From Nannocystis pusilla (lineage in GTDB: Bacteria > Myxococcota_A > Polyangia > Nannocystales > Nannocystaceae): 64,000 nucleotides of DNA. Below, piece after piece: positions 1-11,199 of the stretch. How positions within the stretch are numbered: position 1 is the first letter of the stretch; each line of letters opens with the position of its first letter. The position numbers and the translations under genes are program-made. The stretch lies in NCBI RefSeq assembly GCF_051105105.1, contig NZ_CP185339.1. One strand, written 5' to 3'. The notes under the pieces are model-generated. The model ran no database searches. It was given only the letters and a program-made list of their open reading frames with translations, and was not told the DNA's origin.

Positions 1-19
1 GTTCAGTTACTCTCCCCGC

Positions 20-2144
20 ATGGCCCTCGATAGGGATCTGATCGGCGCCGTGATCGCGGAGCGTTGGGAGGTGGTCGAGCACCTCGGCGCAGGCGCCATG
101 GGAATGGTCTATCGCGCCCGCCACATCCAGCTCAAGATCGACGTGGCGATCAAGGTGCTGAAGAAGACGGCCGGCCTGACAGCCTCCGATATCGCCCGGT
201 TTTATCGCGAGTCGCAGCTCATAGCCTCGCTCGACCATGACCACATCGTCCGCGTCCAGGACACCGGCAAGACCGCGAACGACGATCTGTTCTTCGTGAT
301 GGAGTACCTGCGGGGGCCGAACCTGCGCACGCTGCTGCACCGCGAAGGGCCCCTGTCCTGGGCGCGCACCCGGACGATCCTCCTGCAGGTCTGCGACGCT
401 TTGAGCGCGATTCACGGTAGCGGCATGGTCCACCGCGATCTCAAGCCGCACAACATCGTCCTCGACCCGCGGCGAAACCATCCCGACTTCGTCAAATTGC
501 TCGACTTCGGCGTCGCCAAACCGCTCGGGGAGGACCGCCAGCACCTCACGCAAACCGGCTTCATCGTCGGGACTCTGCCGTACATGTCCCCCGAATATCT
601 GCTGGGCCACCCGGTCAACGTCCGGATCGACATCTACGCGCTGGGCACCATCGCCTTCGAGCTCGTCACCGGGCGCCTGCCTACGACCAACCCGGCCACC
701 AATGAGGCGATGCTCCGATCGCACGGCGTGCCCGCCGCGGCCCAGGTTGTCATCGCGCGGGCCATGGCCCGCGACCTCGAGCAGCGCTACGAAGACGCGG
801 ATACCCTGGCCGCCGCGCTGAGCGCGACGCCGGCCGACGCCGGAACCGAACCCGAGGAGTCCACCACGACGCGATTCACCGCCAGCCCCGGTAAAGGGCT
901 CCTGGCTGCCGATCGCTTGACCGTGTCGGTCCCGGACGGTGACTCCCAGGCGATTACGAACGCGAACCCGGAGCCGCTGCCGTTGACCCCGACGGTCCGC
1001 CGCCAGCCGTCGCTGCGCCTGGCCGACAAACTCTTGCCCCCTCCCGACCGCTCGGACCCGGCTCGTACCACCGTGCACGAAGCGATATCGGCCTCGTCCA
1101 CGGACCACTTGCCGCCTCCCACCACCCCGGTCGCCCGTCTCGCACCGTCCCATGCCGAGCCCCGCCCGAAGGACGTCGCGAGCGAGCCCACGGCACCCGC
1201 GTCCGCACCGACGGAACTAGCCGCGACACGGCCCACTATCGCAAGCCCGTCTCCGATCTCGCCGCATTCGCCCCACCGCTCGGCCCCGTCGCCCTCGCCG
1301 CCGAGCCCGGTCTCCGCCACACCGGCCTCGCGCCTCGGGACGCTCGCGCCGACCACGACGCGAGATCCCGTCCCATCGCCCGCCGCGGCAAAGCCCCGAC
1401 CGCCCGAAGTCCCACCGACCCTCTCGCAATCCGCGGAATCCTCCCGGCGCGAAGCGGTGATCGACCCCGCCCAAACCACCTCCGATCGCACCCCTGCTCG
1501 CTTCTCGCGCGCTCCTGTGCGGTGGGCGACCTATGCGGGGCTCGCCGTGGCGGCTGGCGCGCTCTTCTACAGCCTCGGGAAGGGGCCGCCGGACGAACCG
1601 ACCCCTCCCCCCGTCTCCGCGCCGAAGACGGAGACCCCGGCCCCGCCTCCTCCACACGAGGTCCCGCCGGTCCCTCCCGAGCCCGCGAGCGACCCGACGC
1701 CAGAAGAGGCCTTCCACGACCGGCGAAGAGCCCGGAGCAAGAGGCACCACCGACCCCGACGAATCGCCCGTCTCCGGCGCCCCCGACGGTCTCATCGCGT
1801 CCCCGCCCGCGGCCGACCCCACCGACCCGCCCGAGCCCGCGAAGCCGAAGAGTACGAAGTCACCCTCTCCCGGTTATGCAGCCTTCAAGAAGCTGAGACC
1901 GGCGATTACGAAGGCAGTGTTTGAGTGCGGCGCTCACCATCACGCGTCTCGCGGCGATTATCTCGACATCCACATCACCCTGGACGGCGAGAACGCGAAG
2001 ATCGGCGCCATCGTGCTAGGTCCGCCTTTGCGAAAGAAAGACCCGGTCGCAAGATGCGCCGAAATGCTCATCTCGAATGTCCCGGGCCGAAAATTCCCCG
2101 GCGATAAATACTTGACCGAGAAAGAATTCCTCCTCGCCAAGTAA
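20..2144 (+). CDS. Ser/Thr protein kinase (Hanks-type) with Pro-rich linker, single TM helix and a C-terminal extracytoplasmic domain; apparent +1 frameshift near 1700-1740
   Basis: Kinase motifs GAGAMGMVY, VAIK, HRDLKPHNIVL, DFG, PYMSPE in ORF 20..1924. The tail of that frame is Arg-rich junk with A-rich third positions. A well-formed C-terminal domain (AAFKKLRPAITKAVFECG...KEFLLAK) lies in ORF 1533..2144 in the +1 frame. Confidence 0.7.
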
Positions 2145-2158
2145 ACGCCGTCGAGGCA

Positions 2159-3202
2159 ATGAAGACAGCATGCGACCAGCGCTCGCCGAGAAGCTTCGAG
2201 CTGGGCGTCCCGCCCGAGGCGGCGATCGCCCGCGTGAAGGCACGGCTGTGCGGCACGAACGGGAAGCCCGGGTCCGTCACCTTTCGCGAGCACGCGCAGG
2301 CCAATCGGTTCTACCTCGACCGCTGGTACGCCGCGCAGGGCGTACGCGCCTCGTGCAGCATCCTCGTCACGGTCCGGCCCGAGCGCGACGGGTGCGTCCT
2401 GGCGCTGGCCGCGGCCCACGCCCTCCGCCCGAGCGACGCCAAGCGGGCGACCTTCATGCTCTGGCTTTGGCTCTTTCTCCTGCCCAATGTGCTGTTCACG
2501 GGCGGCCTCGCCTGGCTTCTACTCGGCCCTGGCCTCGTCGGCGTGTTCGCGCGCACCCAGGCGCGGGTGTGGCCAGACGAGCACCACCGCGAGATCGTGG
2601 CCGCGTTGAGCCAGGCGGTGGCGGATGTCCGGCGCGGCGGCTACCGGGCACTGGCGCCCAGCGAGCCGCAGGCTGAGAAAGGCCGGGCACCGGCAGGCGA
2701 CCTGGTCCTGTCGCCGCTGGACGCGGTGGCCCACGCCGCGGCGCACGTCGGCGATGGCGACCGGATCGTCTATCAACCGCACTTCGAGCCGGGCTGCTTT
2801 CAGGTCGAGCGCCGGCGTCGCCCCGGCGATCCGCTCGGCTCGACCCTCGTCGAGGTGAGGGCCCACGGCGACGCCTCTGGTTGTCACCTCGAGCTGCGCC
2901 CGCACGAGCCGAACCTGTGGGTGGGGGCCAGCTGGGTCGCGCTGGGGGTCCTGAGCCTTGTCAGCCTGTTTTGCAGCCCGATCGTGCTGCACGTCTTCGT
3001 GCCCCTCACGGTGGTCGTCCACTTCGCGCTGAAGCGAAGGCGACTCCACCTGCAGCCACGTACCGACCTCGACTGCAGCGAAATCGAATCTGCAGTGAAT
3101 CGTGCGTTCGCCTCGGTCCGCCGGCACCCGAGCGCGGGTTCTGGCGCGTCGCCGACGATTGCACACACCGAGGATTCCGCGCCGCCCGATCGGTGCAAAT
3201 AA
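2159..3202 (+). CDS. hypothetical membrane protein
   Basis: Stop-free 347-aa ORF with strong GC3 bias and several hydrophobic helices (FMLWLWLFLLPNVLFTGGLAWLLLGPGLVGVF; VALGVLSLVSLFCSPIVLHVFVPLTVVV). No recognisable domain. Confidence 0.5.
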   Translation: MKTACDQRSPRSFELGVPPEAAIARVKARLCGTNGKPGSVTFREHAQANRFYLDRWYAAQGVRASCSILVTVRPERDGCVLALAAAHALRPSDAKRATFMLWLWLFLLPNVLFTGGLAWLLLGPGLVGVFARTQARVWPDEHHREIVAALSQAVADVRRGGYRALAPSEPQAEKGRAPAGDLVLSPLDAVAHAAAHVGDGDRIVYQPHFEPGCFQVERRRRPGDPLGSTLVEVRAHGDASGCHLELRPHEPNLWVGASWVALGVLSLVSLFCSPIVLHVFVPLTVVVHFALKRRRLHLQPRTDLDCSEIESAVNRAFASVRRHPSAGSGASPTIAHTEDSAPPDRCK

Positions 3203-3337
3203 GACGAGGCCCCCTCGAGCCTCGCTCGACGAGACCTCGCCCCCGGGCGCCTCTTCAGCAGTATCCACCGCTTCTTCGCCCACCCGAGGGGCGCGGTGCG
3301 GGCACCTGGCGTGCGCCTCGCCGGGATCCCCGGCGCG

Positions 3338-3814
3338 CTACGTGATCGGCAGCGCGTCGTCCCCGCCCGCCTTCACGTCTCTTCGCCGGGGGCGGGTCGT
3401 GCGTCGCTCGACGGCTTCACCGCGGAGACTGCGTCCGCGCTGAAACACGAACACCCGGCCGAACACGCCGACGGCGACGGTCGCGGCCCCGGTGGTCGCC
3501 GAAACCAGGAGGTAGTCCCCGTGGACGAGCGCGGGATCGTTCAATGAGGCGGCCGCGCGGAGCGCCGTCAAATGCTGCGTCCGGTCCGGCTTCGTGAGCA
3601 GGGCCAACATCACCAGCGCCACCACTGCCGCCTTGTCGAGCCAGCGAGGGCGGGCCCGGTGCCTCGCCCGCAACGCGAACCAGAGCAGCGCCAGGAAGGC
3701 GACGAACACCGGGATCACGACCGCCTGCTTCATGAGAGGGCTGATCGCGCCCCCCGTCAGCGCAGCGTTGATGAGGGTCGGAACGGACTGCGAGTCCAAC
3801 AGGCTTGGTTGCAT
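3338..3814 (-). CDS. hypothetical small membrane protein
   Basis: Start placed at internal ATG (MQPSLLDS...) of ORF 3338..3916. Hydrophobic segments VVIPVFVAFLALLWFAL and AAVVALVMLALL. No known domain. Confidence 0.35.
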   Translation of the reverse strand: MQPSLLDSQSVPTLINAALTGGAISPLMKQAVVIPVFVAFLALLWFALRARHRARPRWLDKAAVVALVMLALLTKPDRTQHLTALRAAASLNDPALVHGDYLLVSATTGAATVAVGVFGRVFVFQRGRSLRGEAVERRTTRPRRRDVKAGGDDALPIT

Positions 3815-4677
3815 CGGGATCGTCTTCCGCGATCGCTCCTGCGATCTGCGGAATGGCGGCCCGACCACTCCAGAACCTGTGACGGACCTCCCGCCACACC
3901 CTACGCGGATACGCACCGCGTACTACGTACGTACTGCACCACGGCTCAGCATGCAAGCGGCTTCCGACTGCCATGAACAGAGCGCCCCCCGCGCCCCGCT
4001 CCAGGCCCACTCGCTCGATTGATTACCCGAATGTCATCTTCGGCTCGCGGCTTGGACAGCTCGCGGCTCGCGGTCGCGGCGCTCGCGGGAGGTCCTCCAC
4101 GGGCCGCCGTCGTCGCTCGCCGCGCTGCTCCGCGCCCTCCGGCGCTCGGGCCGGCCGCGAGGCATCGCCAGCCGCCTCTGCAAGGCGGCGCAGCCGCCGC
4201 GGCAACCGGGGCACAACGCTCCGAGCCGGGGGTCGATGAGCACGCAGCGACTCCTGGCGCATGCCCGCCGAGATGACCCTGCGGGCCGACGGACGGGGTC
4301 CGGAGCGCATCGAGGGCCTCAGCCCGCAGGCGCCCTCCCGAGCGTCGGCGGACTGCCGACAGGAACCCCCCAGGCGCGAGCACCGAGCGCTCGCGGCGGC
4401 GGTCGACCGCCGCGAGCCGTCGCACCGACGACCGGGCTCGGACCCGCTCTGCAGAATGAACGATCGAGCGAGCCCGGGACCACGCAAGCGCCGAGAGTGG
4501 CGAACGGCAGGAGCTCCTCCGACCCACCGGAAAATCATCGCAGCCCGCCGCAATCCGGCGCCGCGAGGTCACACCATTCGCTGCAGCAGCGCGCCTCGGC
4601 GCAGCCGGCACGTGCTCGGCTGGAAGACACAGCTCGCCCGCTCCACATTGAACATAGTCGCAGTCGGTGTTTTGCCG

Positions 4678-5634
4678 CTATCCCGCGAGCTCTGCCACGA
4701 GTCGCCTCGCCTCCTCGCGCACGCTGGGCTCCGGATCGTCGAGGAACCGCCGCATCCTCTCGATGCAATCGGCTGGCCGCCGCTGGAACACGCCCTGAAG
4801 CACCGCGAGGCGGATGTTGGCTGCTTCGTCGCGGCGAAACGACCAGAGCAGCTCCAGCGCGCCCGGGTGCGGGTTGGCGCCGAGCCCGAGCACGACCTCG
4901 TACGAGCGATACGCCGGCGAGGCGAGCGCCTGACCCAGGGCATGGAGCGCTTCGTCGGTTCCGTGGCGAGACAACCGCTTCAGCGCCACGAAGGGCCGCT
5001 CCCCGGGGTGTCGCAGCAGCCGCACGTAGTGCGAGACCACGCGGCTGTCTTCGACGGTGGCGAGCGCCTGCTCCGCCTCGCGCCAGACGGTGTCGTCGGC
5101 GGACAGCGTCTGGCGTCCCAGCTCGTCGATGACCGAGCCCAGCGCCGCGCGATCGGGCGGCTGGACCGCGAGCGTGGTCGAGACCTGGACGCCGATCTCC
5201 GCTGCCGGTCTTCGCAAGCTCTCCGCGGACCACGGCTCTTCGGCGCATCGCAGCTGCTTGGCGATCACGATCCGGTGCGCGCCGGCAGCCTCGAAGCGGA
5301 CCCAGTGCGCGAGCAGCAGCCGCCTCCGGAACGGCCTGTCGCCGGTGAGACGCCGGCCGCTGACCACACCTCCCAGCTGGGGTCCTGCGTCGCGGATCGG
5401 CAGGCTGCGCCCGCGCTCCACGTCGATCGCCGCCAGTTCGTAGCTCTCGGGCCGGCCCAGGCGGTTGCGGTAGTCGCCGCCCTCGATCAGGATGAGCGGC
5501 TCGCCCGCGACGAGCCGCACCTGGAAGGTCAGGTAGAGCGGCTCGCCCTGTCGAAGCGTCCACCGATCGGGCGCGACAGACACGGCGAGCTCGCGCGCGA
5601 GCACGTCCACGTGAAACGACGACTCGGGCGTCAT
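4678..5634 (-). CDS. HEAT/PBS-lyase repeat-containing protein
   Basis: C-terminal helical repeats (EALHALGQALASPAYRSYEVVLGLGANPHPGALELL; ANIRLAVLQGVFQRRPADCIERMRRFLDDPEPSVREEARRLV) typical of HEAT-like repeats. Coherent GC3. Confidence 0.5.
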   Translation of the reverse strand: MTPESSFHVDVLARELAVSVAPDRWTLRQGEPLYLTFQVRLVAGEPLILIEGGDYRNRLGRPESYELAAIDVERGRSLPIRDAGPQLGGVVSGRRLTGDRPFRRRLLLAHWVRFEAAGAHRIVIAKQLRCAEEPWSAESLRRPAAEIGVQVSTTLAVQPPDRAALGSVIDELGRQTLSADDTVWREAEQALATVEDSRVVSHYVRLLRHPGERPFVALKRLSRHGTDEALHALGQALASPAYRSYEVVLGLGANPHPGALELLWSFRRDEAANIRLAVLQGVFQRRPADCIERMRRFLDDPEPSVREEARRLVAELAG

Positions 5635-6206
5635 GCGCCGAGGATGTCAGACCCGGCGGGCGACCGCCAGCAGCGCCGCCCGCCGATGCGTCCCATGCAG
5701 GGAACGTCCTCGGCCATGCGCTCGTCGGAGCCATCGCCGAACATCTGCTCGTGGAGCGTCTTGGCCAGGTCGTCGCAGCGCTGCATCGCCACCCAGCGAT
5801 GGGTCACGGTGAGGGCCGCGCCGCGCTCCGGGTCACCTGTCTTCACGGCCAGGCGGGTCGCCAGTGGCGGTCATGGCCAGCAGAGAGACCCAAACGAAGG
5901 AGTCACGCAGGTGCATGCAATTGCTCGCTCGAGCAGTTCGAGGCCGCGTTCTCGGGCCCGCGGGTGTGGATGGGTCCGCTCGATCCGGATTCGTCTCAGG
6001 ACGACCGGCCAGCGCGCGCTCCACGGTGAAGCGCCGGGACCCTCCTGCTTGCGATCCAAAACAGTTCGAACTTTGCTCGCGCGCCTGCCAGGCGCACCCG
6101 AATGCGTTGACGGGGCGAGCGATCTCGCTCAGACTGCCGCCGCATGGGCTCAGGACCGTCCCCACGGAGGGCGACGCGCCGCAATGGCCCGGGCGAGGAG
6201 GATCCC

Positions 6207-6860
6207 ATGATCACGCTCTACGGCTTCGGCCGGGTCCATCCAAAGGTCATCGGCGAGACGCGCGACCTGCGGGTCCAGTGGGCGCTCGAGGAGCTCGGGC
6301 TGCCGTACCGCGTCCATCCGCTCGATCACACCGGCGGCGAGTTCGACGGCCCGGCGTTCGCGGCGATCAGCCCGTTCCACCAGGCGCCGGTGATCGACGA
6401 CGACGGCCTCGTCATCGCCGAGACGGGCGCCATCCTGCTCTACCTGGCGGACAAGGCCGGCGCGCTGCCGGCAGACGCCGCCGGTCGGGCCGCGGTCGAC
6501 CAGTGGTGCTTCGCCGCGCTCACCACGGTCGAGCCGCCGCTCGCGATGATTCAGCTGTCCGACGCCGGCGGCCTGCCGAGCTCCGGCGAACAGAGGGCCG
6601 CGCTGGTCCGCTGGTCCCACCGCGTGCTCGACGGGCTCGAGCGCCGGCTCGACGGACGGACCTGGATCGCGGCCGACGCCTTCACGGTCGCCGACATCCT
6701 CCTCACGAGCGTCCTGCGCGAGATCCGTCGGACCGACCTCCTCGCCGACTACCCGCGGCTGCGGGCCTATTTCGAGCGGACCCAGGCGCGCCCGGCCTGG
6801 CAGCGGACGCTCAAGCGCTACGCCGAGCGGCTCGGCGTGACCGTCGCGGACATCCGCTGA
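6207..6860 (+). CDS. glutathione S-transferase family protein
   Basis: MITLYGFGRV...FHQAPVIDDDGLVIAETGAILLYLADKAG (GST N-terminal thioredoxin-like fold). C-terminal helical domain ends ADYPRLRAYFERTQARPAWQRT. Confidence 0.8.
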   Translation: MITLYGFGRVHPKVIGETRDLRVQWALEELGLPYRVHPLDHTGGEFDGPAFAAISPFHQAPVIDDDGLVIAETGAILLYLADKAGALPADAAGRAAVDQWCFAALTTVEPPLAMIQLSDAGGLPSSGEQRAALVRWSHRVLDGLERRLDGRTWIAADAFTVADILLTSVLREIRRTDLLADYPRLRAYFERTQARPAWQRTLKRYAERLGVTVADIR

Positions 6861-7097
6861 TCACGACGATCGCAGCCGGCGGGGCTCGGTGGTTCAGGCG
6901 CAGCAACCTTTGAGGCGCTCCGCCGCGAGCTCGGGTTCCTTACAAACACCCGAGGGTGTGCATCCCGTCACCTGGGTGTCCGTCATCGCAGCGCCTCTCG
7001 TGAATCATGGTCCGCGCCAAAGCGCGTCCGGCCGCACCCTTCGCAGCGGCAGCGCCCGAAGCTTCGGGCCGCTCGCCCCCGCGGTCGTCCTCTGCTG

Positions 7098-8030
7098 TCA
7101 GGTCGCGCTCCGTCGCAGCGTGCCCGTCGCCCCGCGCCGCCGCGCCCGCAGAAACTCGACCAGCGCGCGCAGCTTCGGCGGCACCTGCGTGCGGCTCGGG
7201 TAATACAAGAACAGCCCCGGGAACGGCGGGCAGTACGACGTCAGCACCCGGACCAGGCGCTTCTCGGCCAGCGCCTCCGTCACCGAGTTCTCGAGCAGAT
7301 ACGCCAGCCCGACCCCGTCGAGGGCCGCGCGCACCATCACGTCGTACTCGTTGGTGACCAGCCGACCCTCGACCGCCAGGCTGATGTCGCGGCCCTTCTC
7401 GGTGAACTCCCAGCGGTACACCGCCCCGCTGGAGACCTGACGGTAGTTGATGCATTCGTGCGCGAGCAGCTCGCGCGGGTGCCTCGGCTTCGGGCGCGTG
7501 GCGAAGTACGCCGGCGAGCCGACCACCGCCGAGCGCATGTCGCCCGTCAGGCGGACCGCGACCACGTCCTTGTCGAGCATCTCGCCGATCCGGACGCCCG
7601 CGTCGAAGCCCTGCGCGACGATGTCGGCGAACCCGTCGTCGGTCGTGATCTCGAGGCGGATCTCCGGGTGCGCCGCCAGGAACGGGGCCAGGATCGGCTC
7701 CAGCACCCAGCGGCTCGCCACCCGCGGCACGTTCAGGCGCAGCGTCCCCGTCGGGCGCCCGCGCACCTGATCGAGCGCTTCGAACGCCGCCTCGACGCCG
7801 GCCATCGCCGGCCGCAGCTGGCCGACGAAGCGCTCCCCCGCCTCGGTCAGCCCGACGCTCCGGGTCGTGCGCTGGAGCAGCCGCACCCCCACGCGCTCCT
7901 CGAGCGCGCGGACGCTCTGGCTCACCGCCGACGGGGTCACGCGCAGCTCCGCCGCCGCGGCCGTGAAGCTGCGCTTGTCGGCCACCACCAGCAGCGCCGT
8001 CAGACCCGAGAGATCGTGCATCGCCGCCAC
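7098..8030 (-). CDS. LysR-family transcriptional regulator
   Basis: N-terminal HTH (DLSGLTALLVVADKRSFTAAAAELRVTPSAVSQSVRALEERVGVRLLQRTTRSV) plus LysR substrate-binding domain. Divergently arranged with the SDR gene at 8118, a classic LysR layout. Confidence 0.85.
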   Translation of the reverse strand: MAAMHDLSGLTALLVVADKRSFTAAAAELRVTPSAVSQSVRALEERVGVRLLQRTTRSVGLTEAGERFVGQLRPAMAGVEAAFEALDQVRGRPTGTLRLNVPRVASRWVLEPILAPFLAAHPEIRLEITTDDGFADIVAQGFDAGVRIGEMLDKDVVAVRLTGDMRSAVVGSPAYFATRPKPRHPRELLAHECINYRQVSSGAVYRWEFTEKGRDISLAVEGRLVTNEYDVMVRAALDGVGLAYLLENSVTEALAEKRLVRVLTSYCPPFPGLFLYYPSRTQVPPKLRALVEFLRARRRGATGTLRRSAT

Positions 8031-8117
8031 TTTTTAGCAGAACTAAAAAGCGAGCGGCAATTCGCGCGCTTCTCCCTCGCGGCGCGGGCGCCTAGCTTCT
8101 TCCGCCAGGAGACCGCC

Positions 8118-8984
8118 ATGAGCACTCGCCCCGCCCCCACCTCCGCGACCGCCAAGGTCTGGTTCGTCACCGGCTCGTCCTCCGGCTTCGGCCGCGCCCT
8201 CGTCGAGGAGGTCCTCGCCCGCGGCGACAGCGTCGTCGCCACCGCGCGCCGGCCCGACGCCCTCGCCGACCTGGCCGCCCGCGCCCCCGATCGCGTCCAT
8301 CTCGCCGAGCTCGACATCACCCGCCCCGAGCAGGTGCGCGCCGCCGTCGCCGCCGCCCTGGCCCGCTTCGGCCGCATCGACGTCCTCGTCAACAACGCCG
8401 GCTTTAGCATCCTCGGCGCGCTCGAAGAGACCGACGACGACGCCCTGCGGGCGACGATGGAGCTGATGTTCTTCGCCGCGGTCGCCACCACCCGCGAGGT
8501 CCTGCCGCACATGCGCGCGCGCAAGAGCGGCACGATCGTCCAGATCACCAGCGTCGGCGGCATCACCACCGCGCCCGGGTTCGGGGCCTACTGCGCGGCC
8601 AAGCACGCGCTCGAGGCGGTGTCCGAGAGCCTCGCCGCCGAGGTCGAGCCGCACGGCGTCCGCGTCCTCGTGGTCGAGCCGGGCGCCTTCCGCACCGCCC
8701 TGTTCGGCGCCGCCTTCCGTCACATGCCGGCCATGGACGCCTACGCCGCCACCGTCGGGGCGATGCGCTCGTGGGTGACGCAGACCCATGGCGAACAGGG
8801 CGGCGATCCGGCCAAGGCCGCGCGCGCGATCGTCAACGTCGTCGGCCGCTCCGTCGTCCCGCTGCGCCTCCCGCTCGGCGGCGACGCGGTCGACCAGATC
8901 CGCGCCAAGCTGGCCAAGATCGCCGCAGACGTCGACCAAGCCGAGGCGCTGGCCCGCGCCACCGACTTCGACCCGCAGGCCTGA
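8118..8984 (+). CDS. short-chain dehydrogenase/reductase (SDR) family oxidoreductase
   Basis: VWFVTGSSSGFGRAL (TGxxxGxG), NNAG, YCAAKHALE (YxxxK). RBS AGGAGA precedes the ATG at 8118. Confidence 0.85.
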   Translation: MSTRPAPTSATAKVWFVTGSSSGFGRALVEEVLARGDSVVATARRPDALADLAARAPDRVHLAELDITRPEQVRAAVAAALARFGRIDVLVNNAGFSILGALEETDDDALRATMELMFFAAVATTREVLPHMRARKSGTIVQITSVGGITTAPGFGAYCAAKHALEAVSESLAAEVEPHGVRVLVVEPGAFRTALFGAAFRHMPAMDAYAATVGAMRSWVTQTHGEQGGDPAKAARAIVNVVGRSVVPLRLPLGGDAVDQIRAKLAKIAADVDQAEALARATDFDPQA

Positions 8985-9061
8985 GCCGCCGGCAGGCCGC
9001 TCAGCGCCCGCCGCGTCCCGCGAGCACCCGCTCCGAAGCGACGCCGCGCCCCGACCCCGTC

Positions 9062-9331
9062 ACTGCGCCGGCGGCGTCGCGTAGGTCACCGCGGTCGCGC
9101 CGTTCTTCTTGAGCGCCTCGCCGATCGCGAACACCCACGTCCTTTGGCCGTCCAGCTCGCACGGATCGTGGCTGATGTCCTCGCACAGGTGGAACGGCAG
9201 CGGCGACCCCTGTCCGGGGACCACTGCGAAGCCGGTCCAGCGCGGGCACCCGCCGTACTGCAGATTGAGGAGCAGCTTGTCGCCCTCGAGCGGGGTCGGG
9301 CCCCTGCCGCGAGGCGGCGGAGCCTACAACG
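9062..9331 (-). CDS. small hypothetical protein (C-terminal part clear, start codon not identified)
   Basis: Minus-strand frame translating ...GPTPLEGDKLLLNLQYGGCPRWTGFAVVPGQGSPLPFHLCEDISHDPCELDGQRTWVFAIGEALKKNGATAVTYATPPAQ* has strong GC3 bias. No ATG/GTG at the 5' end of the frame, so the N-terminus is uncertain or frameshifted. Lies immediately downstream of the CATGTCC-N7-CATGTCC motif. Confidence 0.25.
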
Positions 9332-9383
9332 AAACTCCGCGCCGAGTCACCCCGCGCCAGGTCTCCGGACCCGCGATTTTGAA

Positions 9384-9404
9384 CATGTCCGTTCGAGCAT
9401 GTCC
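9384..9404. promoter_or_regulatory. CATGTCC-N7-CATGTCC direct-repeat motif (copy A)
   Basis: gaaCATGTCCgttcgagCATGTCCtatc. The same 7+7+7 arrangement recurs at 22172..22192 and 33769..33789. Confidence 0.4.
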
Positions 9405-9698
9405 TATCAATCCACCCCGCGAGCCGCGTCGCGCCGCCGCGCGCAGGAAGCTGGCGGCGGCTCGTGGCGAGCGGGTCCTCGAAGCCCCATCGCAGTCGTT
9501 CGGCGATCGTGAGTTTGCGAGCGGCCGCGCCCGCGAGCCACCGCATCCACGACGCGGGTGCTGCACCACGCGCGGGGAGCCCTCGCCCGCCGGCCCGTCG
9601 CTCGCTCGCGCTGCCCGGTCCGAAGCCCGTCCGATCGCTCGCGTGCACGGCCGGAAGATCGGTGAGCCGCCGCGATCGGCTCGCGCGACTGCAGCATC

Positions 9699-11142
9699 AT
9701 GACTCGCCTTCACCACTGCCCACCGCGCCGCCTGCTCGGCGCCGTGCTCCTCGCTTTCAGCGCTTGCAAGCCTGTCACGCTCGATCCCTTCGAGACCGAC
9801 GGCGCCACCGTCGATCCCGGCAGCACCGGCGGCAGCGGGGGCGACGACACCGGCGCCGCCGACTCGGGCCCGAGCACGACCGCCGACCTCACCACCACCG
9901 GCGACGAGCCGCTGCCGAGCTGCGACGGGCCGGTCACCGATTGCAAGCTGGACCAGGACCGCGACGGCTTCATGGCCCATTGCGACAACGCCCCCGATCA
10001 CTTCAACCCCGATCAGTCGGACGTCGACGGCGACGGCCTCGGCAACGTCGCCGACCTGTGCCCCACCCTCCCGGTCGGCGAGCCCAAGGCCGACAGCGAC
10101 AAGGACGGCATCGGCAACGCCTGCGACCTGTGCGCGAAGGCGGCCGCGCACTACAACGACCCCGACGCCCCGATCTCCGAGCGCATGAAGGTGCGCAACA
10201 TCCCGAGCACCGCCGACAGCGACCGCGACGGCATCGGCGACGCCTGCGACAACTGCGTGCGCACCCCCAATTGCGGCGACTACGGCGAGGGCCTCGACCC
10301 GTACGAGCCTCGGCGACCCGATCGCCGTGGACGGTCCTGACTGTCAGATCGACGCCGACAACGACCTCGTCGGCGACGCCTGCGCCGGCACCATGTTGCC
10401 CGGCGCCGCCGGCCCGGTCGGCTTCCTTCTCACGGACGACTTCGACCAGGACGGCCTGGCCAACAGCGACGACGCCTGCCCGCGCCAGCCCGTGCCCCTG
10501 CAAGCGTGCGACGACGACGCCGACTGCCCGGCGGCCAGCAAGTGCGTCCAGGGCCAGTGCGGCCACGCCGACTTCGACGGCGACAACGTCGGCAACGTCT
10601 GCGACACCTGCCCCTTTGACAAGAACCCGCAGCAGGTCCAGCCCGGCCAGGCGGAGGAGAGCGACCAGGACGGCGACTTCGTCGGCTTCCACTGCGAGTC
10701 CACGCCGGACGCCGACCTCATTCGCGACCCGCGCCGGATCGGCTTCTACGACCTCAGCGCCAACGGCTATTGCTGCGTCCGCCTCCACCCTGACGCCACC
10801 ACTCTGGATCCCGACGGCGCCACCGTGCCACTGACCCCCAAGGTCCTCGACCAACCGGGCGTCGTCCAGCTCCCGCCCGGCTGCGCCCAGGAGGGCCAGC
10901 CGCTGAACGGCACCGTCGACCTTGCGACCCTGTGGGCCAGCTTCTGCCTCATGCCGCAGTGGGACCAGGACTTCGACGGCATCGGCGACGCCCTCGACCT
11001 CTGCCCCTACTCGTTCGACCCCGTCAACACCCTCTACGTCGACGACGAGGACATGCAGTGGGAGCACTACGGCGAGTTCTGCCACGGCGAGTACAGCCCG
11101 GAACACCTCGACCCGGCGATGATGTGCCTCCCCGGCACCTGA
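9699..11142 (+). CDS. secreted thrombospondin type-3 (Ca-binding DxDxDGxxDxxD) repeat protein; +1 frameshift near 10300
   Basis: Signal peptide/lipobox (LLGAVLLAFSAC). Repeated DQDRDGF, DVDGDGLGNVADLC, DSDKDGIGNACDLC, DSDRDGIGDACDNC, DFDGDNVGNVCDTC, DQDFDGIGDALDLC. ORFs 9699..10340 and 10327..11142 join if a C is removed from gagCctc at about 10305. Confidence 0.7.
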
Positions 11143-11199
11143 TCGACGAGCTTGCCGCCACGCGTACCACCGCGTCGCGGCGGCGACCGCCGCCTCGCG

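Noticed and set aside
3920-4680. Possible gene in the 760-bp gap between the membrane-protein gene and the HEAT-repeat gene
   Set aside because: All ORFs there (3946..4611, 4023..4553, 3973..4239) translate to Arg/Ala/Pro-rich low-complexity strings without GC3 periodicity. Treated as non-coding.
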